From: Dictyostelium discoideum
Lineage: Eukaryota
Assembly (NCBI GenBank): GCA_000004695.1
Contig: CM000154.2
Span: 4,640,001 to 4,704,000 of the forward strand
DNA: 64,000 bases
Direction: 5' to 3'
This document shows, in pieces, positions 1-11,900 of the stretch. The notes under the pieces were generated by a model. That model was given only the letters and a program-made list of their open reading frames with translations. It made no database searches and was not told the DNA's origin. The stretch's first letter is position 1. The number at the start of each line of letters is the position of its first letter. Both the position numbers and the translations under genes were made by a program.

Positions 1-149
1 AATGAAAAAAGGGTTTAAAATATTGAAAAACTTTCTAAGTTAATTATTATGAATATTTATTTGTTTTTAATTTTAAAAAATTTAAAACTACACAATAAAA
101 ATTTTTATACTAAAATTTCTTTGAAAATAAAAAAAAATTTATTTATTTT

Positions 150-150
150 A

Positions 151-215
<65 letters not shown>
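150..215. repeat. (ATT)n microsatellite
   Basis: Perfect tta/att trinucleotide run seen directly; the ORF track translates it as poly-I. Confidence 0.9.
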
Positions 216-216
<1 letters not shown>

Positions 217-959
217 AGTTTTATTATTTATTTTATAAACAAATTACCTTTGGATGAAAGGAACAACTCAAACAAATTTTTAATTTTTTAGGATATCCTG
301 GGCATGGTTGGCATGGTGTAGCACCCCTTCTTTTTTGGCTGGTGCAATTGCTATTGAGTTTGTGATTACAATATAGTTTGATTGAGTCCATTATAAAATT
401 GAGGTATGTTTAAATATATAAACGAAAATGATATTAATAAATATTAAATAAATAATAAATAAATAAAATAAATATGAAAAGAAAAAAAAAATAATAGATA
501 AATAAAATATGAGTGAATAAAATAATTAAAGTTAAAAAAAAAAAAAATCTATTTAAATACTTAAAATATTTCATTGCAACCGAGTTAATATATTTTTGAT
601 CAAAGATTTTGTTTTTATTTTATTTTATTTTTCTTTTTTTAATTTATTATAATTTGATTTTTTTTTTTTAATTTTCTTTTTATTTGAAAAAAAGGGGAAA
701 TGTTTTACAGTTAAAAAAAAAAAAATTCACTCATTATTTTAACCAACTATAAATAAAATGAAATACAATTGTTCATTTATAAAAACTATGGCCATTATAA
801 TATTAAACCATCACATCTATATTTTTGGTTAAAATCAAATGATCATTTTTTATTTTAAATAAAAAAAACCACTTTTAGTTTATAATAATAAAAACAATTT
901 AAAAAACATAATTAATAAAACCAAAATAATAATATAATTAATTATACATATAATAGTAA

Positions 960-1230
960 TAGAAATAGAAATATTAATATCAATAGTTATAGCAATAGCT
1001 ATATAGTAGTAATGGTAATAGTAATAATAGTAATAATAGTAATAGCAATAGCATTATAGTAGTAATAATAGTAATAATAGTAATAACAGTAATAGCAAGA
1101 GCAATATAGTAATAATAGTAATAATAGTAATAACAGTAATAGCAATAGCAATATAGTAGTAATAATAGTAACAATAGTGATAGCAATAGCAATATAGTAG
1201 TAATAATAGTATTAATAGCAATAATATAAT
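960..1230. repeat. Complex minisatellite built from agtaataatagtaataacagtaatagcaatagcaatat-type units
   Basis: Tandem higher-order repeats of GTAATA/GCAATA units, read directly from the sequence. Confidence 0.8.
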
Positions 1231-1314
1231 GAAACCTAAAAGAATGAATGCTCATTTTCTTCTAGAGGTATTATATTTTATTATTTTACATTGAATATAA
1301 ATATTTGTACTAAA

Positions 1315-1345
<31 letters not shown>

Positions 1346-1479
1346 AATTTTTTTTTTTTAATATTTGTCTTTCTTTCCATCCTTTCCACAATTAACATTA
1401 TAAGGTAATTATATAACTATTTATTAATTTTTTATTTATTTTTTATTACAAAATAAATAATTAAAACTAATAAAGTTTT

Positions 1480-1819
1480 TTATTAGAATTAAGGATATCT
1501 AAAGACGTTGGACCAATTGGAGAGCCGGTTTATGTTACTAATAGCACCAGCATTTCTGAGACCTACATGGGTTTTTCACCATCTGTTTGGATGATTGTTT
1601 GTATAAAATCCGTGATAAAACCAATAATACAGAAGACTTCTTTCAATATGTTAGAGAACTTTTGGAAAGTGGATTTTGCAAGCCTGGTTTATTATTGGTA
1701 ATGGACAATGCTCCAATTCACGGTGGTATCGTGGCTTTAAATGCACTATTTGAATTGTTTAATCAATATTCGGTTCAATTGATATTTCTGAAAAAAAAAG
1801 AAATCAATACCAAAAGGTG

Positions 1820-1830
<11 letters not shown>
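1480..1830 (+). mobile_element. Tc1/mariner-like DNA transposase fragment (truncated)
   Basis: ORF 1587..1820 contains 'LVMDNAPIHGG...VQLIFL', matching the DDE 'DNAPIH ... LPPYSP' signature region of Tc1/mariner transposases. It ends in a poly-A tract and has no N-terminal DNA-binding part. Confidence 0.55.
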
Positions 1831-1851
<21 letters not shown>

Positions 1852-2035
1852 ATCACCCATATGGTATCTGTATTGTTTATGGATTGATTTAAAATTTGTG
1901 GAAAATCTTTGACCTTAAGATTCTATTTTAATTTCCAAAAAAAAAGTAATATCAAATTGAATTTTTAAATGACAAATGATAGTATTTTATTTTTTAATTG
2001 TAAATTATTCTTTTTCAATACAAACTTTAACTAAA

Positions 2036-2110
2036 TAAATCAATTTCATTTAAAGTTTGTAATATTGAACAAAACAAATGGGAATTAAAAAATGAATTTA
2101 ATGTTGATGA
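2036..2110 (+). pseudogene. Fragment homologous to the N-terminal region (FKVCNIEQNKWE...) of the 4529..5722 / 6192..7415 family, in inverted orientation
   Basis: DNA-level similarity to the reverse complement of about 5540-5610; encodes KVCNIEQNKWELKNEFNVDDFLKNE on the + strand. Confidence 0.5.
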
Positions 2111-2214
2111 TTTTTTAAAAAATGAATTATTAAAGTCATATTGACTCTTCATGTGATTTAATAATAAAAAACCAGTCTCTGGCTCATTACCAAAATTTGG
2201 CTTTTTTTTTATCC

Positions 2215-2330
2215 AATATTTTTGAACCAAAATGGTATGAATAAATTGTACTATTATACTGATTTTAACCTTGAATAAATTGGATTGGAGCTGATACAAA
2301 ACCATTTAAATGATAGTTTTATTTTGGTTT
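2215..2330 (-). pseudogene. Fragment homologous to the 3' coding end of the same family (roughly 85% nt identity to 6248-6350)
   Basis: Direct nucleotide comparison: ttttgaaccaaaatggtatgaataaattgtactattata... versus ttttgaaccgaaatgacctgaataaattgtactattata... Confidence 0.55.
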
Positions 2331-2424
2331 GAGATCTTTTTTTATTTTTTTTTTATTTGGTTTGTATTTTAAACTTAATTTTTTTATGATTTTTTTTTTT
2401 TATTTTTTTTTTCTTAATTTTTAA

Positions 2425-3418
2425 GTGATTTTTTTTATTTTATTTTTTTTTTTAATTTTGATGGTGGTTATACATTCTCATATAAAAAATTTCATACCAA
2501 AAAATTTCAAAAATAACTTTTTTTTTTTCAATCAACATAATTACAAAACAATGATATCCAATCAAAATACAATAAATAATATTGATAATAATAAAAAGTG
2601 TACACTTCACCCAAACAAAGATATAGTATTCTTTTGTTTGGATTGTAAATTAATACCATGTTGTATTCAATGTACATCAAGTAAAGGTGAACACCATGGT
2701 CATAGAACTGATACATTAGAATCAACATCAAATATTCTTTCATTAATGAATAATTTTAAAAATGATGTATATCAAAAAGTAGTTGAAAGAATAGAAAATA
2801 ATAAAACAATATTAAAACAATCAAATGATAAATACAATGATATTCAATCACAATTTGATATTAATAATAGTTTATTAAAAAGAGAAATTAGAAAAATTCA
2901 TGATATCATTTCATTCATAGAATTAGATATTAAAAAACAATTAGAAACAACCTATGAAAATAATACATTAATAAATACAATTATAACTTCTTCAACCAAT
3001 AATGATAATGAAATACTTTCAAAAATAATTAATAATAAAAATAAAAATAAAAATGAAAATGAAAATGAAAATGAAAATGAAAATGAAAATGAAAATGAAA
3101 ATAATATTACAATCATTGAAAAATTAAATCAAATTTTAACTATTAATGATCCACAACTTTATGATGTTGGAGATGATTTTGTTATTGATAGAGATACTAT
3201 TAAAATTATTAAACAATATCAACAATCATTAATAGTATTGAATAATAATAATAGTAATATTGATAATTCAAATAAATTAAATGAATACGATAATCAAATC
3301 ATTCATTTCCATTATCAAATAATTGATGATATTAAAAATAAATTAAAATCAATTTATACATTAAATAATTGTACATTTAAAATTGAAATCGATGAAAATA
3401 ATAATAGATTTTTTAAAT
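2425..3418 (+). CDS. B-box zinc-finger protein, exon 1 of a B-box/FNIP-repeat family gene (copy 1)
   Basis: B-box-like Cys/His cluster 'CTLHPNKDIVFFCLDCKLIPCCIQCTSSKGEHHGH'; a (NE)n tract; the exon ends ...FFKCK with a GTAAGC donor at 3419, as in the paralogous copies at 52.8 and 53.9 kb. Confidence 0.6.
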
Positions 3419-3539
3419 GTAAGCTTTAAACAGTTTTTTTTTTATAAATGATATTCACATTACTAACTTTCAAATATAGGGTAATTTAAAGTTTTTTATT
3501 TATAAAAAGGGTGATGTTCTTAAACCCAACGAAATTAAA

Positions 3540-4192
3540 TGAATAGCATTCGAAGACAATTTTAATATTTTATCAAAATTATAAAAAAATCAATTACCAC
3601 CAACTGTAATGCTATTGGATGGATTCAATCAAAAATTAACACCAGGTATATTACCGGATGGTGTTGAATCATTGTATTTGGGTAATATTAAACAAAAATT
3701 AATTATTGGCTCAATTCCTAATACTGTAACTCATGTCTTTTTAAAAGATGGATCAATTGAATATTATCACCAGGTATATTACCAGATGGTGTTGAATCGT
3801 TGTATTTAGGTGATATTAAACATCAATTAATAATTTGTTCAATTCCTAATACTGTAACTTATGTCTCTTTAAAAGATGGATTCAATCAAAAATTAATAAC
3901 AGGTATATTGCCAGATGGTATTGAATGGTTGGGTTTAGGTGACATAAAACAAGAATTAATAATTGGTTCAATTCCTAATACTGTAAAGAGTGTCTCTTTA
4001 AAAGATGGATTCAATCAAATATTATCACCAGGTATATTACCAGATGGTGTTGAATCGTTGGGTTTAGGTGATATAAAACATGAATTAATTATTGGTTCAA
4101 TTCCCAGTACTGTAAAGGAAGTATATGTTTCCAATGGCTTTAAACATCAAATTGAACCTTATTTTTCAGAAAATGTAAACATAATTAAATAG
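3540..4192 (+). pseudogene. FNIP-repeat region (about 8 repeats of LDGFNQKL..GILPDGVESL.LGDIKQELIIGSIPNTV), apparently disrupted
   Basis: FNIP repeat consensus visible. An in-frame TAA (aaattaTAAaaaaatc where the paralogs have GAA) precedes MLLDGFNQ, and a 1-bp deletion near 3780 shifts the frame (ORFs 3609..3809 and 3800..4192 sit in different frames). It cannot be joined in frame to exon 1. Confidence 0.5.
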
Positions 4193-4528
4193 AAAAATAA
4201 TATTTGGTTAAATTAAACAATTTCAATAAAAAAGATAATAAAAACAAAATTATAACTTCACAACTATATAATATTCCTTTTTTTAATAATTTCTTTTTTT
4301 AACCATCATCTGTTGAATAATAAAAAAATAAGCAAACTAAATAATATGTTGGATTTTAAACATTTTAAACTACTATATAAAGAAATAACTGGTGCCACAA
4401 CAAAAACACCAAAAAAAGAGGCAACGTTGAATACAATTTTAGAAAATCAAGAATATTCAAAAAATACATAGGTTAATCGATCTAAAAAAAAAGAAAAAAA
4501 AAAGGTCTAATTAAATTTAATTTTATTT

Positions 4529-5722
4529 TCATAAAAGTTTAGCAATAATAAACCAATCTAATGATGGTATTAATTTTGAATTATTATCTAAAAGTTTTGA
4601 ACCGAAATGACCTGAATAAATTATACTATTATATTCTTGATCTAAATCTTTGAGTAAAACTGGACATGATACAAATCCATTTGGAATTGAATCAGCATTA
4701 ACTCTTGGCCATGGAAAATCCTCTTCTTCCTCAAAAGAATATGATTCTGTATATTCATCATCATTATATTTACCATCATTATCGAATACACAAAAAGTAG
4801 CTAACCAGCCTGTTAAAACATTGCCACCAGATTGTTCTCTATAATCTACTATCTGATTCCACCAAGTTGTATCAGGATTCCCATTTACAGAATCAATGAA
4901 TTTATCAATCACTGGTAATAAATAAACTAACCATTTTTTAATTTCACCATTTTTATTATCGAATTGAATTAATTTTTCAACTCTTTCTTTTAAATTTATC
5001 CAATCATTAATTTCACCTAATAATGTTACTTCTGAAAGGCCACAATATGTTTTAAAAACAAAATTAAAATATTTCTTCATTGTTGACATTAATGCAATTG
5101 AAAATACAACTTTATCAGATTCTGTCGTAGTTGTAAAATCTGGTATAATTAAATCTTTAATTGATGGATCTTTAATATTTGATTGAATTTGATTTGACAT
5201 TTCAATGGTTAATTTATCAAAAGGTGCTTCTAATATTGGATATACTGTCTCAACTATTAATTCTTTTTTACCAGTAAAATCTACAAATTTTTCACGTAAT
5301 TCTTCAGAGTTTTTATTTACGTAGAATGATAGTTGAGTTAATATTGCCATCCAGATATTATCAGGACGTAGTACTAAATGATTGTGATTATTATAACTTT
5401 CCCAAGCAGAGTATACGAAACTATTTGAACCAAAACATGCTAAATCATCATTAATAATACTTGTTTGCAATACTTTAACTCCTATATCAATTCCATTTTT
5501 TAATGATGGATCCATTGTTTTAAAAGATTCAGCATTTAAAAAATCATTAACTTTAAATTTACCATTAATTTCCCATTTATTTTGCTCAATATTACAAACT
5601 TTAAATGAAATTGATTTATTAATTTCATCTCTTTTAATTTTAGAATTGTATTTAATTACTTTTGAATCATTGTTAACAAAACCACTATGACTTCTTACTC
5701 TATAATTAAAAATAGTATTCAT
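4529..5722 (-). CDS. Uncharacterised conserved protein (397 aa), tandem paralog 1
   Basis: Uninterrupted ORF, about 75% identical to 6192..7415 over the C-terminal roughly 300 aa (WESYNNHNHLVLRPDNIWMAILTQLSFY...WWNQIVDY...SLDWFIIAKLL). No recognisable catalytic motif. Confidence 0.7.
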   Translation of the reverse strand: MNTIFNYRVRSHSGFVNNDSKVIKYNSKIKRDEINKSISFKVCNIEQNKWEINGKFKVNDFLNAESFKTMDPSLKNGIDIGVKVLQTSIINDDLACFGSNSFVYSAWESYNNHNHLVLRPDNIWMAILTQLSFYVNKNSEELREKFVDFTGKKELIVETVYPILEAPFDKLTIEMSNQIQSNIKDPSIKDLIIPDFTTTTESDKVVFSIALMSTMKKYFNFVFKTYCGLSEVTLLGEINDWINLKERVEKLIQFDNKNGEIKKWLVYLLPVIDKFIDSVNGNPDTTWWNQIVDYREQSGGNVLTGWLATFCVFDNDGKYNDDEYTESYSFEEEEDFPWPRVNADSIPNGFVSCPVLLKDLDQEYNSIIYSGHFGSKLLDNNSKLIPSLDWFIIAKLL

Positions 5723-5961
5723 TTTTTGAGAATTATTATCATTACCTTTTATAAAAAAAAATAAAATAAAATAAAATATGGTGATTTAAAATCTGTTGAA
5801 AAAAAAAAAAAAAAAAAAATTAATTATTTTATTTTTTTTTTTTAATTCAAACTTGAAAAAAAAATAAGTTTGAAAAAAAAAAAAAAAAAAAAAAATTAAT
5901 TATTTTATTTTTTTTTTTTATTTTTTTTTTAATTCTCAAAACTAAAAATAATTAATTATTT

Positions 5962-6015
<54 letters not shown>

Positions 6016-6191
6016 GTAATGATAGTAATTCCCAAAATAATGGTATTAATTTCAAATTATTATCAATCTATGACATCATTTTATTTTGGCATTTAATTAG
6101 ATAAAACTTTAATAAAAATAGGATTAAATAAGTGTACACTTTAATTTTTTTTTTTATTTTTTAATAAGTTGGAATACTGGGAATTTTCATT

Positions 6192-7415
6192 TTATAAAAG
6201 TTTGGCAATAATAAACCAATCTAATGAAGGTATTAATTTTGAATTATTATCTAAAAGTTTTGAACCGAAATGACCTGAATAAATTGTACTATTATATTGA
6301 ATTTCACCTTGAATTAATTTGATTGGAGCTGATATAAAACCATTTGGAATTGAATCACCATTAACTCTAGGCCATTTATATTTTTTATCTTTATTACTCC
6401 ACCATAATATTAAATTATCATTGTATTTACCATCGATATCGAACACGCAAAAAGTAGCTAACCAACCTGTTAAAATCGATCCACCAGATGATGATTTATA
6501 ATCAACCATCTGATTCCACCAAGTTGTATCAGGATTCCCATTTACAGAATCAATGAATTTATCAATCACTGGTAATAAATAAACTAACCATTTTTTAATT
6601 TCACAATCTTTATTATCGAATTGAATTAATTTTTCAACTCTTTCTTTTAAATTTATCCAATCATTAATTTCACCTAATAATGTTACTTCTGGAAGACCAC
6701 AAGATGACATGCATTGATAATCGAAATATTTCTTCATTGTTGACATTAACGCAATTGAAAATACAACTTTATCAGATTCTGTTGTAGTTGTAAAATCTGG
6801 TATAATTAAATCTTTAATTGATGGATCTTTAATATTTGATTGAATTCGATTTGACATTTCAATTACAACTTCATCAAAAGGTGCTTCTAATATCGGATAA
6901 TCAGTCTCAACTATTAATTCTTTTTTACCAGTAAAATCTACAAATTTTTCACGTAATTCTTCAGAGTTTTTATTTATGTAGAATGATAGTTGAGTTAATA
7001 TTGCCATCCAGATATTATCAGGACGTAATACTAAATGATTATGATTATTATAACTTTCCCAAGCAGAGTATATAAAACTATTTGAACCACAACCAATATT
7101 TATTAAATCATCACCATCACCATCTGTAATACTTGTTTTTAAAACTTTATATTGTTCAGCATCATCACCTGTTTTTTCATTTTCCAAGTTTATAAATTCT
7201 TCAATACAAAATTTATCTTTTATTCCCCATGGACTTTTTTCAACTTCACAAACTTTAAATGTAATTGATTTATTATTTTCATCTCTTTTAATTGTTGAAT
7301 CATATTCAATTAATTTATATTTTGAATTATAAAATTCATTATCTTGATCATTTTCTTTGTTTTCATTATTTTTTTTTAATTTTTTGCTTGAAAACTTGGA
7401 AAATAATTTTTTCAT
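6192..7415 (-). CDS. Uncharacterised conserved protein (407 aa), tandem paralog 2
   Basis: Uninterrupted ORF paralogous to 4529..5722; it starts 250 bp downstream of the halogenase stop on the same strand. Confidence 0.7.
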   Translation of the reverse strand: MKKLFSKFSSKKLKKNNENKENDQDNEFYNSKYKLIEYDSTIKRDENNKSITFKVCEVEKSPWGIKDKFCIEEFINLENEKTGDDAEQYKVLKTSITDGDGDDLINIGCGSNSFIYSAWESYNNHNHLVLRPDNIWMAILTQLSFYINKNSEELREKFVDFTGKKELIVETDYPILEAPFDEVVIEMSNRIQSNIKDPSIKDLIIPDFTTTTESDKVVFSIALMSTMKKYFDYQCMSSCGLPEVTLLGEINDWINLKERVEKLIQFDNKDCEIKKWLVYLLPVIDKFIDSVNGNPDTTWWNQMVDYKSSSGGSILTGWLATFCVFDIDGKYNDNLILWWSNKDKKYKWPRVNGDSIPNGFISAPIKLIQGEIQYNSTIYSGHFGSKLLDNNSKLIPSLDWFIIAKLL

Positions 7416-7477
7416 CTAAAAATTGTTATATTTATAAACATTATAATGTGAAAAAAAAAAAAATAAATAAAAAAAAG

Positions 7478-7517
<40 letters not shown>

Positions 7518-7664
7518 AATCAAAAATTTTCGATGATTGTTTTTTGTGAAAAAAAAGATATTTTTTTTTTTTTATTTTTATTTTTTTATTTATTTTTATT
7601 TTTATTTTTATTTTTTTCTTTTTATTTTTTATTTTTTTATTTTTTTTTATTTTTTTAAAAAAAA

Positions 7665-9476
7665 TTAATACTTCCAATCAACAATATTATTTTGATTATA
7701 GTTATAAGATTTAAAATCTTTTTGAATTTTATCATAATAATCATTATTTGGAGTACCAATCATATTAAAAGAATGTAATTTAGAAAGGAAATAAAATTTA
7801 GAGAATCTATAGGTTGTATTTGATAAAGATTTGAAGAAAGATGAATTCCATAATGCACCAATACCATAGACACGATAATATAGTTTACAAATGATTAGAG
7901 ATAGATAAAAATTGGACCAAGATAAACATTTTGGTAAATTTAATCTTTTATGACCATACTTTGCAAGTGAGAGAGCATGATCATAGTCCCAAGATGAAGT
8001 TGGACTCCAATCACCCAATAATTGACCACCTCTATGATTATCCATGAATCCAATGTTTATAGAGTTTTCATTAGCATAATCCAAAGTTGCCAATAATTGA
8101 TTACGTAATGCTAAACCATTTTCATGATCAGTAGTGAAATGATCCGAGAAAATTGGACAAAGATGATATTTACCAATGTAAGCAGGCAATAATATGGAGA
8201 AATAAGTTGAAGATTCAAAATAAATTCTCCAACTCATAATTGAAGCATTACCTAAATGATTTGAATGATCTTTGATTAAATGATTATTAATTTGTGTTAC
8301 ACATCTAATTAATTTATCGAATGCTTCAACACGTCTATGATAGTCATTGGCAGCATTTGAAAGTTTAAACTTTAACATTTCAGTAAGACACTCGATCTCC
8401 ATAGCAATCATTACCATACCAGTTGAATAGAAAGGATCGAAAATTGCAGCAGCATCACCAATTACACACCAATTATTTTTAGAGAAAAAGGTTTTACTTG
8501 TATGTGCAAGTTTTGGCCAACGATGAAAGTCAACAATTTCACCACTTTTAATTAGATTATAGAGTAGTTTTTGATTCTTTTCAAGGAATGACATGAATTT
8601 ATCCAATGAATTTAATTGAGAAGGTTGAATTTTATCACGATGATATGAAACACCAATACTGTAATCACGAGAGCCTCTTTCCAAGGGGATCATCCAAATC
8701 CAATAGCCTGGACCAAAGAAATGATTGGTATCGTAGGTCCAAGAGCATGTCACATCTTGACTTTTGAAATCGAATAAACTTCTCTCTGTGTTTTTCACTC
8801 TCACCCAAGTGCTTGCATTATCCAGACCAAATAAATGCTTTGGATCCTTTAAAATGTTATCGGTACGAGATCCAACAGTAAAGTTTCTACCACTTGCATC
8901 CACAATATAATCAGTTGTCAATGTTATACGTTCAATTGATTGCTGTAATTTGAAATCGGCACCAGATTCAACTTCACTTAGAATTTCAACATCGATTGAT
9001 TTCATATCATCGTTATCTAAATTATCAACATTTCTAACTCTACCATGGTAGTAGACTGCGCCTTGGGCAATTACCATTTTCAATAGATCACGCTCAATCT
9101 TGCAACGGTTCAATTGAAAAGCTTGGATATCTGGATTCTTTACTGCCCATGTACTATAGTAGTCTTCAATGGTATCAGTCTTTGATAATTCTCTTGGCCA
9201 ATGAAATTGTAATGAAAATTTTGGTGGATGATTCTCTATTAAATAATCTTGTAACTCTAATTCTTTGGCGAAAAACATTGCACTAACTTCAACTGTTGAT
9301 TCTCCAACTTTATAATCTTCATCTAAATTATCTCTTCTCTCTGATCTTGGTTCTATCACTGCAATCCTACCAGATAATTCTGGCATTTTTAATAATAAAT
9401 GTCTAGTTGCTGATAATCCTGCTATACCACCACCAATTATAATAATATCATAATGATTAATAATATTTGTATCCAT
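7665..9476 (-). CDS. chlA: Flavin-dependent halogenase (603 aa)
   Basis: N-terminal FAD dinucleotide fold 'IIIGGGIAGLSATRH'; the halogenase-specific WxWxIP motif as 'GYWIWMIPL'; a C-terminal 'GDAAAIFDPFYSTGM' FAD motif; single exon. The symbol is a hypothesis based on adjacency to a Steely PKS. Confidence 0.75.
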   Translation of the reverse strand: MDTNIINHYDIIIIGGGIAGLSATRHLLLKMPELSGRIAVIEPRSERRDNLDEDYKVGESTVEVSAMFFAKELELQDYLIENHPPKFSLQFHWPRELSKTDTIEDYYSTWAVKNPDIQAFQLNRCKIERDLLKMVIAQGAVYYHGRVRNVDNLDNDDMKSIDVEILSEVESGADFKLQQSIERITLTTDYIVDASGRNFTVGSRTDNILKDPKHLFGLDNASTWVRVKNTERSLFDFKSQDVTCSWTYDTNHFFGPGYWIWMIPLERGSRDYSIGVSYHRDKIQPSQLNSLDKFMSFLEKNQKLLYNLIKSGEIVDFHRWPKLAHTSKTFFSKNNWCVIGDAAAIFDPFYSTGMVMIAMEIECLTEMLKFKLSNAANDYHRRVEAFDKLIRCVTQINNHLIKDHSNHLGNASIMSWRIYFESSTYFSILLPAYIGKYHLCPIFSDHFTTDHENGLALRNQLLATLDYANENSINIGFMDNHRGGQLLGDWSPTSSWDYDHALSLAKYGHKRLNLPKCLSWSNFYLSLIICKLYYRVYGIGALWNSSFFKSLSNTTYRFSKFYFLSKLHSFNMIGTPNNDYYDKIQKDFKSYNYNQNNIVDWKY

Positions 9477-11656
9477 CTTTTTTTTAAAAAAAAAAAAAAA
9501 GTTTTAAATTATTTATTTATTTATTTATTTATTTTTTTTAAAAAATTATTTTTAATTATTATTTTTTTTTTAAATTTATTTGTTTAAAAAAAAAAAAAAG
9601 TTTAAATTATTTTTAATTATTTTTTTTTTTTTTTTTTTTTTTCAATTTTTTTTTAATTTAAATAATAGTAATAAATAAATAAATTAAAAATATAATAAAT
9701 AGAATTTAGTATATTTGAAAATGAAAATAATAATAATAAAAAAAAATAAATTTTTCTTTGAATTTATAAAAAAAAAAAATAAAAAAAAAAAAAATATAAA
9801 TTAAAAATAAAAATAAAATTAAAATAACATATGTTAGTATCATTTTTTTTTAAAGAATGTTTCTGTGTTTGGTGATGATTTTTTTTTGTTGGGGGTGAAA
9901 AATAAAATAAAAAAATAAAAAAATTAAAATTATTTTCATTGGACCACCACAATGGGGGTGATTATTTTTTTTTTTTTTTTTTTTTTTTTAAAGATTTTGG
10001 TATTTATAAAAAATGTATATACAATACCCTTTGAGTTTATTAAAAATTTAATAATTTAAAAATAATAATAATAATAATAATTTTTTTATTTATTTATTTT
10101 AAAATAGAAAAAAAAAAAAAAATAATTTTATAATATTTTAAAAAATATTATTATTATTATTTTTGTTATTTCTAAATTTATTTAATGCACACCGAGATAA
10201 AATTAATTTTTTTTTTTTTTTTTATTTTTATAAAAAAAAAAGAAAATTTAAAAAATTATAATTTTTTTAAGTACAATAATATTGTTTAATAGTAATACTT
10301 AATTTTACCACATATTAAATTATTTAAAAACCATTGAATTTAAAAAAATTAATTTATAGATAAAAAAATTTAAATTTTTTTTGATTTTTTTAAATACCAA
10401 TTATTTATTTATTTTAAAAGTTGTCGATTTTTTACCTTTTAAAGTGTATTATTAAACAATAGTAAAAAAAAGGATTTCTTAATATTTTGAAGGTTAAAGA
10501 AAATTTGAATTGACCAATTTGAAGTTTATTAATAAAGATTATTCACAAGATAGTAATATATTCCTTTTATACTTAATCATAACTTTCAACGAAAAAGGAT
10601 TTGTTTTTTTTTTTAAAAAGACCAATCCCAATTAAAAATTGACCAATATTAATTTTTAAAAAAAAAGAAAAAAATTAAAAAAATAAATATAATTATTATT
10701 ATAAACTATTTTAAAAAACATTTATTAAGAATTATATCATTAATCTTTTTGAAGTATACAAGTAATTAAAATTATTTTTATTTCCCCCCCCCCCCCAACC
10801 TATTTTTTTTTATATTATAATAGATCAAAAAAGTAATCTTTTTTTTTTTTTTTTTTTTTACACAAATATGTCAATAATTTCATTTTGAACTATGAAAAAA
10901 TTTTGAGTTTTATAATAAATTAATATAGTTCTCGGCGTTTATTTTTTAAAAAAAAAAAATTGTTGTTTCAATTAAAATAATATTTATAAATATGAGTATG
11001 AATCTATTATTAATTATTTTTTAAAAAATATATTTTATATTTTTTAAAAAAAAAAAGTTTTAACTATAGATAAAATTTGGGGTCATTATTAAAATAAAAA
11101 TGAAAAAAATTAAAAAAAAATAAAAACCAAAGTATATCAATTTCATTGGATGATCTAAAACAATATTTATTTAAAATTAAGCCTCTTTTTAGTGAAATAC
11201 CGATTCTTAAAATAAATAATATTTATGTATCGGCTTCCTTTTATAAATTTTTTTTTTTTTTTTTTTTATTTTTCCTTTATTTTTTTTTTAATTTTTTTTT
11301 TTATATAAATATATGATTTTATTCATTTTTATAAAATCAATTCATTTAAAACCTATCAATAATTATAATAAGGGAATAATAATAATTTAATAAAAAAATA
11401 AAAAAATAAAAAATAGATATAATTATACATTTTAGTAGTCAATCTTTAATTTATAAAATAACAATTTTTTATTTATTTATCTGTTTATTTAAAAAATCAT
11501 TAAAACCGATATTTATTGTAAGGAAATTTTTTTTTATTTTAATCAAATCTAATAATAAGTGCAATGATTGATTTTTGTGATTTTTCAGATTTTTTTTTTT
11601 TTTTGATATTTTTTCCATAAACATATTTTTTTTTTTTTTTTTTTTTTTCTTTAACA

Positions 11657-11689
<33 letters not shown>

Positions 11690-11844
11690 AATTTTTTTTT
11701 TTTTTCCTTTATTAATTAAAAAAAATTATTAAAATTATTAAAATTATTAAAATTAAATTAAAAAAATTAAAAAAAAAACTTTTTTTTTTTTTGGGTTGGG
11801 GGGGGGGGTAAAAAACCTCTTTGTTTTCAAACAGATCTAACACT

Positions 11845-11900
<56 letters not shown>

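Noticed and set aside
49-291. ORF-track protein rich in poly-I (MNIYLF...IIIIIII...)
   Set aside because: Pure translation of an (ATT)n microsatellite and AT-rich spacer; no start context and no non-repetitive coding signal.
980-1255. 91-aa minus-strand ORF (LLLLLL / YYYYYY)
   Set aside because: Reads through the GTAATA/GCAATA minisatellite; a translation artefact.
3040-3110. Possible CRISPR-like or tandem-repeat array (gaaaat)n; similarly (gaaaaa)n near 39990
   Set aside because: Simple hexanucleotide microsatellites inside coding exons, encoding (NE)n and (KE)n. No spacers. The sequence is eukaryotic DNA.
4650-4844. + strand ORFs 4650..4844 and 6319..6501 inside the minus-strand family-X genes
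   Set aside because: Antisense to long, well-supported paralogous CDSs, and low complexity (SSSSS / LLLL).
7292-7677. ORFs 7292..7549 (+) and 7441..7677 (-), poly-K / poly-F
   Set aside because: Translations of the A/T homopolymers in the 250-bp spacer between the halogenase and paralog 2.
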